A DNA stretch of 64,000 bases from the human T2T-CHM13v2.0 reference genome, Homo sapiens, in NCBI RefSeq assembly GCF_009914755.1, contig NC_060926.1; one strand, 5' to 3'. The position numbers and the translations under genes are program-made. Each line of letters starts with the position of its first letter. Position 1 is the stretch's first letter. Shown piece by piece: positions 41,691 through 57,070 of the stretch. Below the pieces are notes generated by a model. It did no database searches, was not told where the DNA came from, and saw only the letters and a program-made list of their open reading frames with translations.

Positions 41691-43532
41691 TGTACCAAAT
41701 CATGCAATTGATTTCACTAAATGTACTTTTTATCAAATGAATACTGATACTTATAAAATGGAGTGAATATCTTTTGTTAAATTGCCTTTGAAACTGCCAA
41801 TTAAATTCATTTTGTTTGGCAGTATCATTTTTAAAAAAAAAACATAATAAACATAGTGCCTGAATTGCCTATCTAGTCAGCTATTTACAATAAGGTTCCC
41901 CACTCATAGATGAAAATGAGATCATTGTCCCAGTGAAAAAGGAACAACCTCAAAGCATCTTATCCTCACTTAAGCTCAATCTTACCTTCAGCATATTAAT
42001 TCCCAGAACTATGTTCTTCTCCAAATTCTACGAAATCAGGGCTACTGATTTCTTCAGGAGACATCAAAAATTTGGAGAGCTAAGCTTCTGCCAGTTGGCA
42101 AAAGCAGCTTTCAATCAGCTACCTGAATTATTTTAGGAGGCTGGAGGCATCACTATTTCCAAAAGCCATACTGCTAAATCAACAGGAAGATTACAGGCTT
42201 TTGGAATCAAGTTCTCAGACTGTGGTCTTCAGTTTTTCTTGAAAGCTGCTTATAAAAGAAGGACTGTGTGAAACTTTGATATTTACATCAAGTCACAACT
42301 AAGGGGCAGGTTTGCAAAATCAATTGTGCAGCTTTTATACTCACTGCACATTTACCACATATGTCCTTTATTACACAGTGGAAAACCATTAAATGCACAG
42401 TAGTTTTGCCAAGTGGCATTATGCATTTAACAGCTTTATTCGTTTAACAGCTCCAACTCTCATTATATTTTGCCATGTGGTACATGGGATTTTATGCATT
42501 TAACAGTTTAAGAAGGCTCTATGGTATTTTCTTTTCATGTATTTCATACTATGGTTGGACATTATGTCTTAGCAAACTGTATTTCACTGATTTCATTGAA
42601 GAGAGAAAGTCAGAGTAATCTGGAAAACTTACTACACTGAAATTGAAAAGGGAAACAAACATTTCAATCCCTTTCCAAGTTCCTTGATATTCTACTCCCC
42701 TCCTTTTATCAACATCTAAAAATAACCTATATCAGGTTAAAACTGCAGGTAAAGAAGGCTAACCCTGTACTCTATAATTAATCTAAATATAACATTTAAC
42801 TACAGTTTGAAGTTTTTCAGTTTTAAAAATTTAATTTTTATTGAAAACCTTCTTGCTTAATAGAAATACAATACTCAGTCACTTCCTTTCTTTATAGCAC
42901 ACAACAGAAGATTTGTTAGGGAGATGATCAACCATTTGATTATTTACATATGTAGGGATGAAAACATTTGTCATACAAGGACACAGAGGAAATCAAGCTC
43001 AGAATCAAAGGACTCTCAAAATTATGCTTTAACTAACTTTTATTTCCTCCACTCTGCATTAGGTGTTCGCCCTAGGTATACATAAGTGAGCATGCACCTC
43101 AAACCTAGGATTCTAGGTTTGGGCAGAAGTTGTCCCTTTAAATGAAGAATTGAAGCAGATAGTAGATCCCATCAACTGTTGCTGCTTTCAGAAATAAAAA
43201 ACCTAAGCATCTGTCTGCTCTTTTCCCCAGAGCATTACATTCTCCACAATCCCAGAACTCTGAAAAATTTTACTGGATAAGCTTCTGTGTTTTTCTGTTA
43301 AAAGATTTTAGCACTTACTCTGCACTCCCCCCACGTGTGTTTTCTCCTGAAAAAATCAACTGTATTCTGTACATAAAAGAAACACCTGACATCAAAAGGT
43401 GTCTCTGGGGCTGGGGAAAAGTGGTTATTATAACAGAGTTGGACATTCCCCTTGTGGGAACAGGAAAGGTGATGAGACTTGGCTAAAACTTGGTCTCAGA
43501 AAGGTGCTGTTATATACATTCTAAGTTTTGTT

Positions 43533-43534
<2 letters not shown>

Positions 43535-43575
<41 letters not shown>
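43535..43575. repeat. (CA)n microsatellite flanked by TA; (UG)n in pre-mRNA
   Basis: Direct reading, about 300 nt downstream of the 43864 donor. Confidence 0.92.
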
Positions 43576-43576
<1 letters not shown>

Positions 43577-43851
43577 AAGGGAGAGAAACAAAAGGGTACA
43601 TTGCAGTGTTTAGAATAAGGAGAGAAATCATTCGAGGCTAATTTTTTTTAATCTTTAAAAGAAAAAAGGTCAAGTTTTGGCTTCATCTCTATTTTGAACT
43701 CCAATGGGAATAAAAGCAAACTAGAGTAAAAGGCAGAACATGACAGGTTTCTTGGGGGTTATTACTGTTATTATTATTATAGGAACAGATGTATTTTTAT
43801 TGGTGGAGGAAGGAGAAGGATCTAATTCCAGCCCTCGATTTTGCTTTTTTA

Positions 43852-44019
<168 letters not shown>

Positions 44020-45244
44020 CTACCAAGAGACCATGAAAATAATAATTTAAAAAGTGCTGCATTCAGCCCAGCCATCTGTGCAGAAATTATCAAAGGATTT
44101 CAGTCAGCTGATGCCAAACTGCATTAGCTACAGAGGGACACTTCCTGTCCATTATTCTAATCAGGTTAATTGTGATTGGAAATAATTGCAGTGCATTCCT
44201 ATAGGACATGCAGAATCCTGTCAACCCTGTTCTCTCACAGCATCCCAGACGAAGGTTCACAGGTAGGATGGCTCTCCTAGACACCAAACTATAAGCAACC
44301 ATCTAACTACAAAACAAACATGCAGAACACACACACAGTTAACCTTTTCTTTCTAAAAATGGCACACCTTGGAATAAGAGCCAATTCTTCCAGAAAAAAA
44401 ATAAGTAAATGGGTAGAGGTCTCTAAATAATAAATTATTACTCAATTTAATGCACTCCCAAGTCTCTCTTATTCTTTATTAAAGCTTTACATATGTCATT
44501 CGAGTATGTATGGTTTCCCATCATTATCATCATTATGCTACCCAGACAGTCACCTAATTTCACCTAGGAAATCAGTGGAAATGAAACAAAATTTCATTTC
44601 ATAAAACTAGGCTTCACAATGCCTTTGATGTGCCGTTTTCATTTTCTTAAACTCATATTGTGGTTTTATGTATTCTGCAGTGCTCGTTTTAATTGAATGA
44701 TTTCCCATCAGCTTCAGAGACAAATGAAGGACAATATAGAAGTCTGTACTTCTTGGGGTTAGGATAACCCTAAAATGTCTGAATCTACTTAATCCAAAAG
44801 ACGGTCATAACATTTACTTGGTGTGAGCCCTAGAATGCATTGCTGGTGTCTAATAAGAGAGGGCTGAGACATTTTCTTAGAACCTCTGGCAGCAAGATTT
44901 CAGGAAAAGACATCCTTGATCCTTGTGCACTACCAGCCGAATTGGCCTAACCTGGGTTTTTTCTCTTTGTCCCCATTCACCCTAGAATCTCAAACCAACA
45001 GAGTTATCTCCAAATCACAAGTTTCCCTGTGCGGATGCCCTGAGCTGTTCTCTACTGGATCCAGCAGTATGCAGGTCCAGAGAAAGATGTAACAGGCAGT
45101 GTGGACTCTGTGACAAATGGTGTCTAGCGGCAGAACTTAAGGCCCTACGTTTCCATAAAGGCTTTGCTTCCTAACAGTGCTCAGTAACTTCTGCCATTTT
45201 TCTTCTACCTCCTTCTCTCATACTATTTTCTAATTACCGCAAAG

Positions 45245-45500
45245 CAATAATTACTATAATTTATGGCGTGCTTTTTATGGGCCAGGTACTCCAGAAAGCA
45301 TTTTAACATTTGTTTTCACATTTAATTCTTTTAAGATTCCAATGAGTTAGATATTATTATTTTCATCTTACAGATGAAGAAACTGAAATAAAAGAGGATC
45401 TTAACCTAGGACACCCAGCAGCCAGTGAAGGAACCATGATCTGAACGCAAGTCTTTCAGGCTCAAAAACATGGGCTCAGGACACTGCACTACACACTGCC
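45245..45500 (-). mobile_element. MIR
   Basis: attattattttcatcttacagatgaagaaactga core in reverse orientation. Confidence 0.75.
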
Positions 45501-45769
45501 TCCAAAATCTCCAATTTATGCCAGGTGCTGTTGTAAGAATTTTCTTGCTACGTTGGGACTTTCCCATTAAAAATTCAATTATCTGTAATTTTTTAAAATA
45601 AACTATTTGTTCTGCTCAAAATTTCTAGTTAACCCACAGTGCTTTCCCTGTTAAGAGAACGTTTTAGCATAGCATGTCTGCCCTTTCTCAATTCAGTTTT
45701 CTTAATTTGCCTCACTGACTATCTCATCCTACCTGATTGGTCAAGCCTTCTCTCCAACCATGAGGGCTA

Positions 45770-45945
45770 AGACGAAACCCCTCAGCCATGTGCCCTTACA
45801 CAAGTTACTGAATCCATCTAAACCTCAGTTCCCTCATCTGTAAAATGGGCATAATACCATAAAATGGTGACAACTGAATTCATGCAAAATGTTCACAACA
45901 CCTAATACACAGTAAGCGTTTTAACAAATGATCATTCTTATCTTA
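45770..45945 (+). mobile_element. MIR
   Basis: cctcagttccctcatctgtaaaatgggcataata core. Confidence 0.75.
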
Positions 45946-47218
45946 GTATTGTTTTGTCATTATTAAGTACACCATGGAATGCTGGCCAGCTGAAGAAATA
46001 AAAAGAGACTGGAGGTATAATTTCAAATTTCAAATTTCTTCAATTTGTTTTTCAGCTACTAATAAAGTATAGATGGGGTCTGGAAAATAATCTCCCTGCA
46101 TCAATGTCAAGCTGCTTGTGTGCACTAAATTGCTGACTCCAACTAAAAGGCTGAGTCAGTGAGTACTCCTCTAATACTTGTTCTCACAATAAAATCTGTA
46201 CTGTACTACGATCTTTACTGTTGAGATATGACTGTAAAGAATTTTAAGTCAGTAATCATGAAATGTTTTAAAAGACTTTAATAAACTCTCCTTTCTCAAT
46301 CTTTACCCAAGAGAAAAAGACAATTCTAGAGAATGTACAAATGCAATGCCATGACCGTATTCTCAAAAACATGTTTAAATATTTATTTTCAAAAATATCA
46401 AAACTGTGATATTAAATAAGAGATTTCCCTGCTACACCTATCCCTAAAGGGCATCTGTATGAATTTTCTAGATGGCATTCTGGTCAAAATAAGCAAAATA
46501 CTGACCCTAACTGTGGGGCCTTGTAAGTCAGTCTGGCACTGAAAGCTATTAGGTCTTTGAAAAGGTGCCTACGATATATAATCTTGTTAGGAAAATAGTA
46601 CAAAAGAGCTGAAAACAAATACACAGACCTGTGTTAATTTCTAACAAGCAGAAGTAACTTTCTAAGAAGAGCTGCCTTGTCAAATGGCCATGAAGTATGC
46701 CTGGGCTCTTCTATAATGGTTTAATGGGCTTCAAAAGTGGCAAAAATATTGATGAATTTAGCAGAAGTAAATATTAGTGCACATTAACAACTTGCCCAAC
46801 TTACTAGCTCAGTATGTATGTCCCCAGATTTTTTTTTAAGTAAACAAAAATGCTTGGTTATACTCATCCAAAGTAAGCAGTCAAGAGACTTATTTTTGGT
46901 TCAAACAGTAACTAAAACTCATAATTCACTAAAGACTGAAGTGTAAGTAACACAATTTGGCAGTGCATGATAGAAAGTAATCTTCAATTAAAAGTTTATT
47001 GCAGAGTACAAAAATATAAAAAGAGTTAAAATGTGTGAAAAAATGGATATACTTGAAAAAGCTCAAATATTTCTACTAGGATACAATTCTGCTTCTATGC
47101 TTAATCAGTTCCTTAGAATTTATCAGAAAACGCAAAACCAAAGCTATAATATCTAAGCAAAACAACCTTTGGTTTTGAACCGCCCATTTTTCAGCTTTGT
47201 ATAAATGTATATCCATTA

Positions 47219-47602
<384 letters not shown>

Positions 47603-48319
47603 TTATCATAAATCTATCGAGTAGTAAAAGTTTAGGGGAAATAGGGGATAGGCCAGAAATGAGTGGGCTTGGATGTGAACTAGAAATGACCCCTGACTGC
47701 CTTGAGACCTTGACCCTTGAGTTAGGAGCTTTGAAGCACACATTACTAGATGTATACATTTGCATGAGGGCCTAAGAAAAGAATACTTTTCAAGTGTGTG
47801 GAGAGGAAGAATGGAAGTCACCAAATTCTGTGGGGAGATCATCCTAGGATGGAAAATAATTAAGGCCTACCTTTCCACCATCATTTTCTAAAGGATCATT
47901 GAGTGACATCTCAGTCATTCTGATCTGGACACTGCATATGCATGCTTCCACTGCAAGTGTTCCTCCATTTTGTCTTTTTCAGATTACATAAAACAGAGCT
48001 TCAACTACCCTCTGCCCCCTGCCCTCAGCCACCTCTACCCCATCCAGCCCAACCAAATAAACATACAATTTGAGGGAAAGCAGTGTGCTTGCTATGCAAA
48101 CTCAGCTTCAACACAAATGCCCTAACTCCTAACTGAGTAGCTATGTATAAACATCCTAGAGCCCGCCCCTGTGCCCACTCCTACCTTCCTACCCCTCACC
48201 TACCACGTATGGAAGAATGGGACTTCCTAAAGGGACAGAAATATAGTATGGGATCATATATGGTCAGAAGTTCATATCCTCTGACCAACATGTTCAGCGG
48301 ATTAAGAAATCATAGAATT

Positions 48320-48648
48320 GGCCATGGACGGTGGCTCACGCCTGTAATCCCAGCACTTTGGGAGACCAAGGCAAGCGGATCACCTGAGGTCAGGAGTTCG
48401 AGAAGAGCCTGGCCAACATGGTGAAACCCCATCCCTACAAAAAATACAAAAATTAGCAGGGCATGGTGGTTGGTGCCTCTAATGCCAGCTACTTGGGAGG
48501 CTGAGACAGGAGAATTCCTTGAACCCAGGAGGCGGAGGCTGCAGTGAGCCGAGATCATGCTACTGCACTCCAGCCTGTGTGACAAAGCAAGACTCCATCT
48601 CAAAAAAATTAAAATAAAATAAAATAAAATAAGAAAAGAAAAAAAGGA
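48320..48648 (+). mobile_element. AluS-type SINE, antisense to SATB2, about 110 nt from an exon donor
   Basis: Full dimer. TSD aagaaatc(a/c)t(a/t)gaatt at 48304-48319 and 48649-48664. Confidence 0.92.
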
Positions 48649-48674
48649 AAGAAATCCTTGAATTATGTCTCTCA

Positions 48675-49097
<423 letters not shown>

Positions 49098-52000
49098 CTA
49101 ATTCCTTAGGGTTCTCCGATATGAAGTCAATGTGCTTGCCTTCCGGGGGATATGCATTATTTTAGGACTGTTCTATTCTGACACTTTATCATCACTGTAA
49201 TAATCATCAGTGTACAGACATGCCAGCTAGCAAGGTAGGCACTTGGGAAGAATTGTGAAACTGCAATTACCACCAGGTGCCTCCTACAAGTATTTCAGGA
49301 ACTGTTAGAACTCTCTCTGCTTGAAACTGGGAACACTTGGCAGTCCTGCTTAGCTTTACAAATCTGCCAAGTTTGGTAAATTTAGTTTCGACATTTAAAC
49401 AGCATGGTAGATTTACATCAATTTAAAAAAAAAACTGGCTGAATTTCTGTATGACCGGCCACTGTTTTCAATAGAGATATTTCTTATGCAAAAAAAAAAA
49501 AAAAAGACGCAAAGCAAATGGCTACATTGTGTTAACCCTCTGATAATTTCCCAATCTATACACACAATAGTTATCCTTACATATGTACAAAGGGCACCCA
49601 AATCTTTTATGAAACGTCTTCATGGGGGAAACCCTAATCTCACCATTAAAGCAATGAAAATGAAGTCACCTCTGGCGAGGGGCTGAGCACACTGTAATAA
49701 CAGTGTGCACGGAATGCCATGATAGGCCCAGATACTTTCTGAATGTGTGACTCACCCAAATAGAAAGATTTAAATAGGAAGTCAGGGTTTTCATGTGCTC
49801 TGACGACAGAGAATTCACAAAGAAAAGGAAAATGCTGCCAAGTCTAGAGAAAAGTAGTATGGACTCCAGAAAAGGGCTGGAGATCTAAGGTGGGACATTG
49901 TTGTACTGGGGGTAGGTGCAGGTCTATTTCCATTCTGCACACTTGTTGGATTATCACACAGAGACATCACTTTATATTCCCAGCTAATATATTGCTTCTC
50001 AGAGCAGTATAAGAACAGGGTTTAGGATTATCCTCCTGGGAAGACCTGAGATGTTAATCCCATATCTTAGAACAGATGGGGCAACTGAAATCATGAAAAG
50101 TCACTTCTTTAACTGTAGTAAAGTAGAACAGATGCCAAAGACATTTCCACTCAGGTGAAAATTAATGCAAAGGAAACACTATCAGATTTCTAATATGTGG
50201 CTTAAATATGAAAAGGCAATGGATGTAAGAGGAATATGCTATCTCTAGTTGTCCAAAAATCTTCAGGGAAAGGTAGGCAATGTTTTAAAATAAAGCAATG
50301 CATTATAATATAGTGAAGCAAATGCCAGTTATAGGAACTGTATCACATAGCACTCCAAGGAAGCAATCACCACTCAGAACATCACATAGTCAATTTTACT
50401 ACAAGAAACTTACAAGTACTATGTCATCTGACAGTTTCACAATTTGGATGTCATGTTACTTTGATTAGAGAAATTCTAAGTAATACTTGGTAGAAAAGCT
50501 ACAGATCAGTGTCTTTTGTGTGCGTCTGTGTCTGTGTGTGTGCATGCATGCATGCCCAAGAAGGGGACAAGGTAGGATGTGTATGTAAAAATAACCGACT
50601 GGTACATGATTCTTAAAACAATCCAGATTTCTTGTCATGCTTTTAGAAGCAACGAGTGAGACACTTATCTTCCAGAAAATGTGATACAATCTAAGTATCG
50701 ACTCTCTGAAATTAAAAGTCAGTTCTGCCTAAAGCTATCCTACTTTCCACTTGCACTAAGCAACCTGAAATATTCATAATGAATTTGTTTTGAAGATAAA
50801 AATCTTCAAATGAATATGCAGAGAAGCAAGAGCAAAGTGGATTTCAACTTTCAATACCAGTAAAAAACACTAAGGTTGATATTTTTTGAGTTTTCTTTAA
50901 TGATAAATTCTGCATATAAAGGATGAGTTGGTCTTTTTCCTCTCCCTCCTTCCTCTCCCTTTCACTCTCATAAATTTGGTATTTCAATAAATTTCAAATT
51001 ACTAAAACTTGAAGGAGTTTTAGGGTCAACACGGATAAATTTGTTTAGTTATTATGATTATACTCAAGAGATCTCAAAGGCAAAGTTTATAAACCTATTC
51101 TTCCTCTGTGAAATTATTTTAACAAGTTGTGGAGTTTATTATGGGAAAGATTTTGGATACGAAATAGTGACATAACAAAACTATTGTTCTAATGGACCAT
51201 GGCTCAAAATTATGTTTGTTCATTCTCAATCAATAAAAAAAATTTTAAAACACAGAGTGTTTTAATTTGTTTCTTGTTTTTTTTTTTTCCATTTTGAAAC
51301 TGTATAGCTTCTTCTCCTACATTTTTTACATACTGGAAAACCTTACAGGGAAATTAATCCATCTCCAAGGAAAATTAATATGAAGTATCCTTGAGAATGA
51401 CTGCTCAACCATTTCTGAGGTGAAAGAGACACAATATTTGTATTTTTAAAGGGTGGTGGAATATACTGTTTCCTCTGTTTCATTTGCCTAATTGAAGATA
51501 AAGTCTCAAACCAACAAGGAAGCCAGTGTCACCTCCACATATTATCCCCAGAGAATCAGAACACTGTTTTAAATTATTTATTAAAACTCTCATATGTGTA
51601 GCTATGGTCCCAAAGCAGATTCTTTTCACCTCAGACATTTTCAATAACAAGTGGCTCACTGGTGGGCACAAGAAGAGTTTTAGTTGTTTTGTTGAGTCTT
51701 TTTCATTTGAGTTATTTATGTGCTTTTAACTATTTAAATTGGGATTTTTTAAAAATGTAGTCCAAATTCTGCATGCTTATAAATGGAAAGTGAGTCTATT
51801 TCGTTAGTTGAAAATCATCAGAGGAGAAAAAAATCAGAAGAAAATAGACAGCATAACTTTCACATACCACAAATCACCCCACCTAATTATCAAGATAAGT
51901 AAATGTTTATCATATTGAAACTGTCTTGAATAGAACATAAATTAATAATTTATCTCTCACATAAATATTTCTAAAGCCCTTGCCACTATGTCATCTGGCA

Positions 52001-53234
52001 TTTTAATTATCAACCAGCCAAGCTGGAGGTGTCACTTGGACATTCCCATTATGCAGCCTGGGATACAGAAAATGTGGCGCGGCACCTGGGCACTGAAAAA
52101 AAGATGCACTTTTATGAATAGAAAGGTCATGAATATTGAGAATGTGCAAATGGAGGGAAATTAATAAATTAACCAGGATATAGCTTATTAAACTTTCATA
52201 TCAGTAATCATATTAAAATATATTGCAAGTATTGAGTAAAGTGATCATTAAGTATTTTCCTCCTCGTAGGCAACAGAACCTTCTCCAGGGACACATTAAA
52301 ACAATTCCCTCCACAGTGTTAGCCGAGATTATGTAAGACCAGGAAACATGTTGACTAAAAGGAGCAGAATGAACATCTGCACAAGGTAGAGAGATACCCT
52401 CCAAAATAATTCTTGGGTTACAAGTCAGTGGAAAAAGAAGGAAGTTGGCCTTTTCCATAGCCTAATTAACATTTTGCAAGCTTCATATAATTTCCAGGAC
52501 CACCAAAGAATACATGAGTTTGGCAAAATATTCATTAAAAGCAAAATAATTCAAAGTACGAAATGAGCAATAACTTATTATAATGCCATCTAGCTTGCTC
52601 ATAATTTAGCCTGTTTGCTACCTCTACACACAAAACAAAGAATTGAGGCTAATTTTTAAATGAAAAATTAATGCCCTTATTTTTTTCTAGTATTTTAAAA
52701 TATTTCTTTATAACAAATTAAATGACCTTACAGATTCTGAGTCTGTACTTTCTGTGTCAATGAGCTTTTGATTTCCATACTTCCTTAACAATTTATATAG
52801 TTTGTCCCAAATTGTTAGCATGTACAATATATGCTGATATTCAGAAAAGTCTGGGAAACGTTATCATGACTGGCTCTATAAAATCTACTTCCAAGTTTTT
52901 GCACTAGCTTTTGACATCTTGTCTGGGACAGGTGAGAAATTACCTTTGATGGGCCTTTAACCCTGGAAGAGAGCAATAAGAGAACTCACACCTGGGCCAG
53001 GCTTTAGGAATGCTAAGCCTGACATGCCACTCCTGACAGCAACAGTTAAAGTCATTACTGACTAGATTTTAACAGATATCTGTTCTTTACGGCTCTCAGA
53101 CCATAGGTAACTCCCTAGGATTAGGCTATATCTCTCATGGATTACCTCAGAAGCCCCTAAATCCATTATCTCCCATTGATTATCTAGGGAACCCCCAAAT
53201 TCAATATACCTAGTCTCAAAAAAAAAAACAGATC

Positions 53235-53490
53235 AGTCTATTAATTCATTTCTTATTTATGATTGAATACAAAGTTCTGAGAGGGATGAAGAGACTTAAT
53301 AAGGGACAGATTCTGCTTCCCAGGAGTTTACCATATGATGGGAAGGAGAAGGTATTATAGCAGCACAATGTAAAAGATGCCAAGCATTATTAATGCAAGC
53401 CAGAACTAGTGTCACCTTGGCTCAAAGGAGGGAGAAAGTATTATCAACTGCAGGATTCAGGGAAAAAAAATTGGAAGAGGTAAGACTTAA
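53235..53490 (-). mobile_element. L2 fragment
   Basis: attcattt...ttgaatac...gggacagattctgcttcccaggagttta L2 3'-end-like text reversed. Confidence 0.5.
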
Positions 53491-56400
53491 CTTAGCTGGA
53501 ATTTTAAATATAGATAGTACATGGATATAAAGTTACGATGAATATTGGGCAGCGTGTGAAGCTGGGGAGTATTAGAACATTTGAAGAAAGCAAGCACATG
53601 GGTACTCCAGAATACCAAGACAAGCCTCTGTTTCCTTACAAGCTGTAAAATAAAGTGCAAAAACTGATAAAGTGGTAGAAGATATTTTGAAGCAAAAATA
53701 TAATAAGAGTCTACATTAATATGATTCTGAACTACTGAAGTATACACAAGCTAACCAGCAAACATTAACCCCCAAAATGAAGTGATATTAGATAATCTGT
53801 TCAGCCTTTTTGTCACCTGCAACAAATTAGGCTTTCAATATGCAAAACATCTTCCTTCCAGAAAAACAAATGATCACGATTCCATTTAATTGTAACTTAA
53901 TGAGGCATAATTTATTTTTTAAAGTGATATACACCAGGTGTGTACTGAGGAAACTGGCCCAGCCAAACCCTAGTACTTCCCTTTGGAAAAAGCCTCAAGC
54001 TAGCTAGAGACTGTTTTCCTTTCTGGAAATTTTGTTTCTGTTTGTGGCAGTTGAAATGAGAGGTAGAACTGGTAACTTGCAATGCTCATCTATTTACTAA
54101 AACATGTACCTTTTGAAGTAACTTGATCCAAAAAATATTCATTTATCATAGAAAGGATATAGTAGGAAAGTGTTAGGTTCCAATGTGAACAAAGATAAAC
54201 ATTCAAATGTCATGTAAATCTCAAAGACAGCTTAGATGTACTTCTGATTCCTATGCTAAAAGTAAAATCATACGCTGAGCACTTCTTTAGAAACATTTGG
54301 ATTAGATAGAGAAAATAAGCCCTATCCCCTCATATTATATTTTAATTATTAATTCTGGGATGACACTCATCTTCAGAAATCAAGTTACATCTCTTTAAAG
54401 GTATATGATTCAGAACATGTTAGTGAAAATGTATTTTAGTTCATAATTACATATTGCTTTAAACAATTGGTGTCATAACCAATTAGTAAAGTTAAAACAA
54501 ATCACATCCTCCCATTTTACAGATTAAAATTACAGAAGGCTAGAGGTGGAAGGAGCCTTGGCACTCATATGGGCCAACCATCCACCCTGCCCCCGGATAA
54601 CCTATCACGTTTCCCTTGAAATGTCAAAAAAAAAAAGGTTCCTTCCAAATAAGGTCCCTTATTCCTCATGTTTCACCCCTTTTGTATGCTTGCTAGCCTT
54701 AATTTTCACATAATTCTAAAATATCTGTGTCCAGCTGACATGAAAGCAAAAAACTGGTAACCTCTTAAGAAAACTATGTGATATCAAACCTAGTCTAATC
54801 ACACAAAATAAACTCTTAAATTTCAGTGGTCAATTCAGAGTTAGCCAAAGCGGTTAAATCAGCGACATGGCTGTAGAAAGTACTGGTATCCTACTACCTG
54901 AAAGCTGACCCAACAAAATCGTTTCTCTCCTAACCTCCAGTCTCTCATTTCCTTCTAGATACTCATGAGAGGCATTTCCCCCTCAGTTCACGAATATTAA
55001 CAGGTTTCCCTGGGTTCTGTATTCATAATCTACAACCCCACTATGAATCTGGCTGCTGAAATTCATTTGTGTAATGCTAAAAATACTCACCCCATCCCCC
55101 ACACCCCAGAGCATTGCTTAGCCACGAAGCCAGAGTACTTAGTCTGATTTGAATAAAAGGTATACAGGGCACAACAATGACAATTTGATTTTTATTATTA
55201 AAAATGATGTGTTAAATCCTCAAAGAAAATGTCGTTATTGCATTAGTTTAATAAAACCTCTCTTTTATTACAATATTTCTTTATTAGGAAAGACAGCCTA
55301 TGCATGTGGCATTTTTGTCGGATGGGGTGGATAGAATTGAGCATCTAAAGGGAATTAATGTATTCTGCAAATATAAATGCATATACAAAAGTAACATTTG
55401 CAGACAAATGTTGTTACTATAGAGATATATTCTGCAAAGCACTAAAAGACTAGGTATACATGTGTATATGTATGTACAGTACACTGCAATTGGAAATACT
55501 TTCTCCCTCCTTTGAACCAAAATAGCAATAGTTCTACCTCACATTTATGAGACATCTTTTGCACTGTGCTACTATAAAACCTTCCTCCCATGATACAGTA
55601 AACTCCTTGGGGGCAGAATCTGCATATTTTGCACTTAGCGGCCAGTTGGTAATATATAGGAATGGTTCTAAGAAGGCAACAAATGCATATTTTTTAAATT
55701 TCTGGGAGTGGGAGTCCTATCTTTGCTGAACAGCGAACAGCAGGCTCTGGAGACTACATATTGAAAACATGACTCACATTATACTCAAGATCTTTTCATC
55801 CAGCCTGCTGAAAACAAGATAACTGAAACTGAAATTTTGGGTCATGCAAACTTCATTTTAGAGCAAATATTTCAGGCACCCTAAGTCTGTAATTTATTAA
55901 GTAAAACACTTGTCTCACAGATTTGTTTTTTGTGGATACAATAAAATTTCACTTGTGGCAACTTTCACATCAGAATACAGTACCCACATAACACAAAGTG
56001 AGTAGATACAACAGAGCATTCTTGAAGCCAAAACAGTCTGTGTTCCCTTAACTGCAATACCTTTGACCAAGCCACATTTGAGCATGTACAATAGAGGAAA
56101 TTAGCCAAAATCAGATTCCTGGCAACTTTAATGTTTTTTGTTTGTTTGTTTGTTTTTGCATACTTAATCTACGTAATGATTATCCCTTCCTCCTTGGTGT
56201 CTCTAGGAAGTCTTAGGTACTGGAATAAGAGGCTATGCACAATCCAAGTCAAAATTTATAAAACACATTAGCACCAAAAAGTGAAAGCAAACAGAACTGA
56301 ACAGGTTCCCTTTGGAAACGTTTTACTAGTAGTGTTCTTCAGCTCTGGGCACATACATGGTTTCTACTCACACCTCAAGTACCTGGCACTATGACTATTT

Positions 56401-56864
56401 CATTCACAAAGTTCTGGGCCCTTCTTATTCCTAGTTTCCATGAATGTTCTGTAAAACAACTGTTGGCAACCTGCCCCAAAAATTTACTAGCTTTGGCTAC
56501 TTTGTCAAAACATTGGCAAAAATAGTACTTTCCTAAAACAAAACAAATACATTTATTGAATATTTATATCTCAAATGTATCAGATGCCTTCAGATATAAG
56601 CAAAGCAGTCTATTAACACTTGAGCTGACTTTTTCTGAAACAGTTACAAAATATTATTCTTTCCTGCTGAAATATTTCTGCATTAGTTTTAATCACCTTC
56701 AGGGTCAAAAGCATCTGTTCTCACATAGCACATGGGACACGTCACAGTCCTAATGATTTCACAAAAGGATTACTGGTTTGAAAGTCTGTTTACCCCTGTA
56801 CCTCTTTGAAGAAGGGATTATGCCCTTCATCTTCCACTCTGTGGTAGCAGAAATGATTGAGAAT

Positions 56865-57070
56865 AAAGTAGTTATGAGTATGAGTCATGAAGTCAGACTT
56901 GCTGGATTTGAAATTGGGCTCTAACTGGACAAGTATCAATTAGTCTCCCTATGGCACAGTCTCCTCACCTGTAAAACTAAAATAATTCTGCTTCCCTTAT
57001 AGGGTCCCCTAGAGAGCTTCTAACTGTATGTGATACATACTAAGAGTTTAATCAATGTTAGCCATTGTTA
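56865..57070 (+). mobile_element. MIR fragment
   Basis: gaagtcagact...ggatttgaaatt...cagtctcctcacctgtaaaa. Confidence 0.6.

Noticed and set aside
41259-41766. Overlapping Y/I/H/T-rich ORFs
   Set aside because: Artefacts of TA/CA low-complexity sequence.
45245-45945. Oppositely oriented MIR pair as a pre-mRNA duplex
   Set aside because: Copies are too diverged for a convincing long stem by eye.
50541-50555. (TGCA)n run giving tandem UGCAUG motifs
   Set aside because: About 1.6 kb from the nearest exon and attached to a TG microsatellite. Probably slippage-derived.
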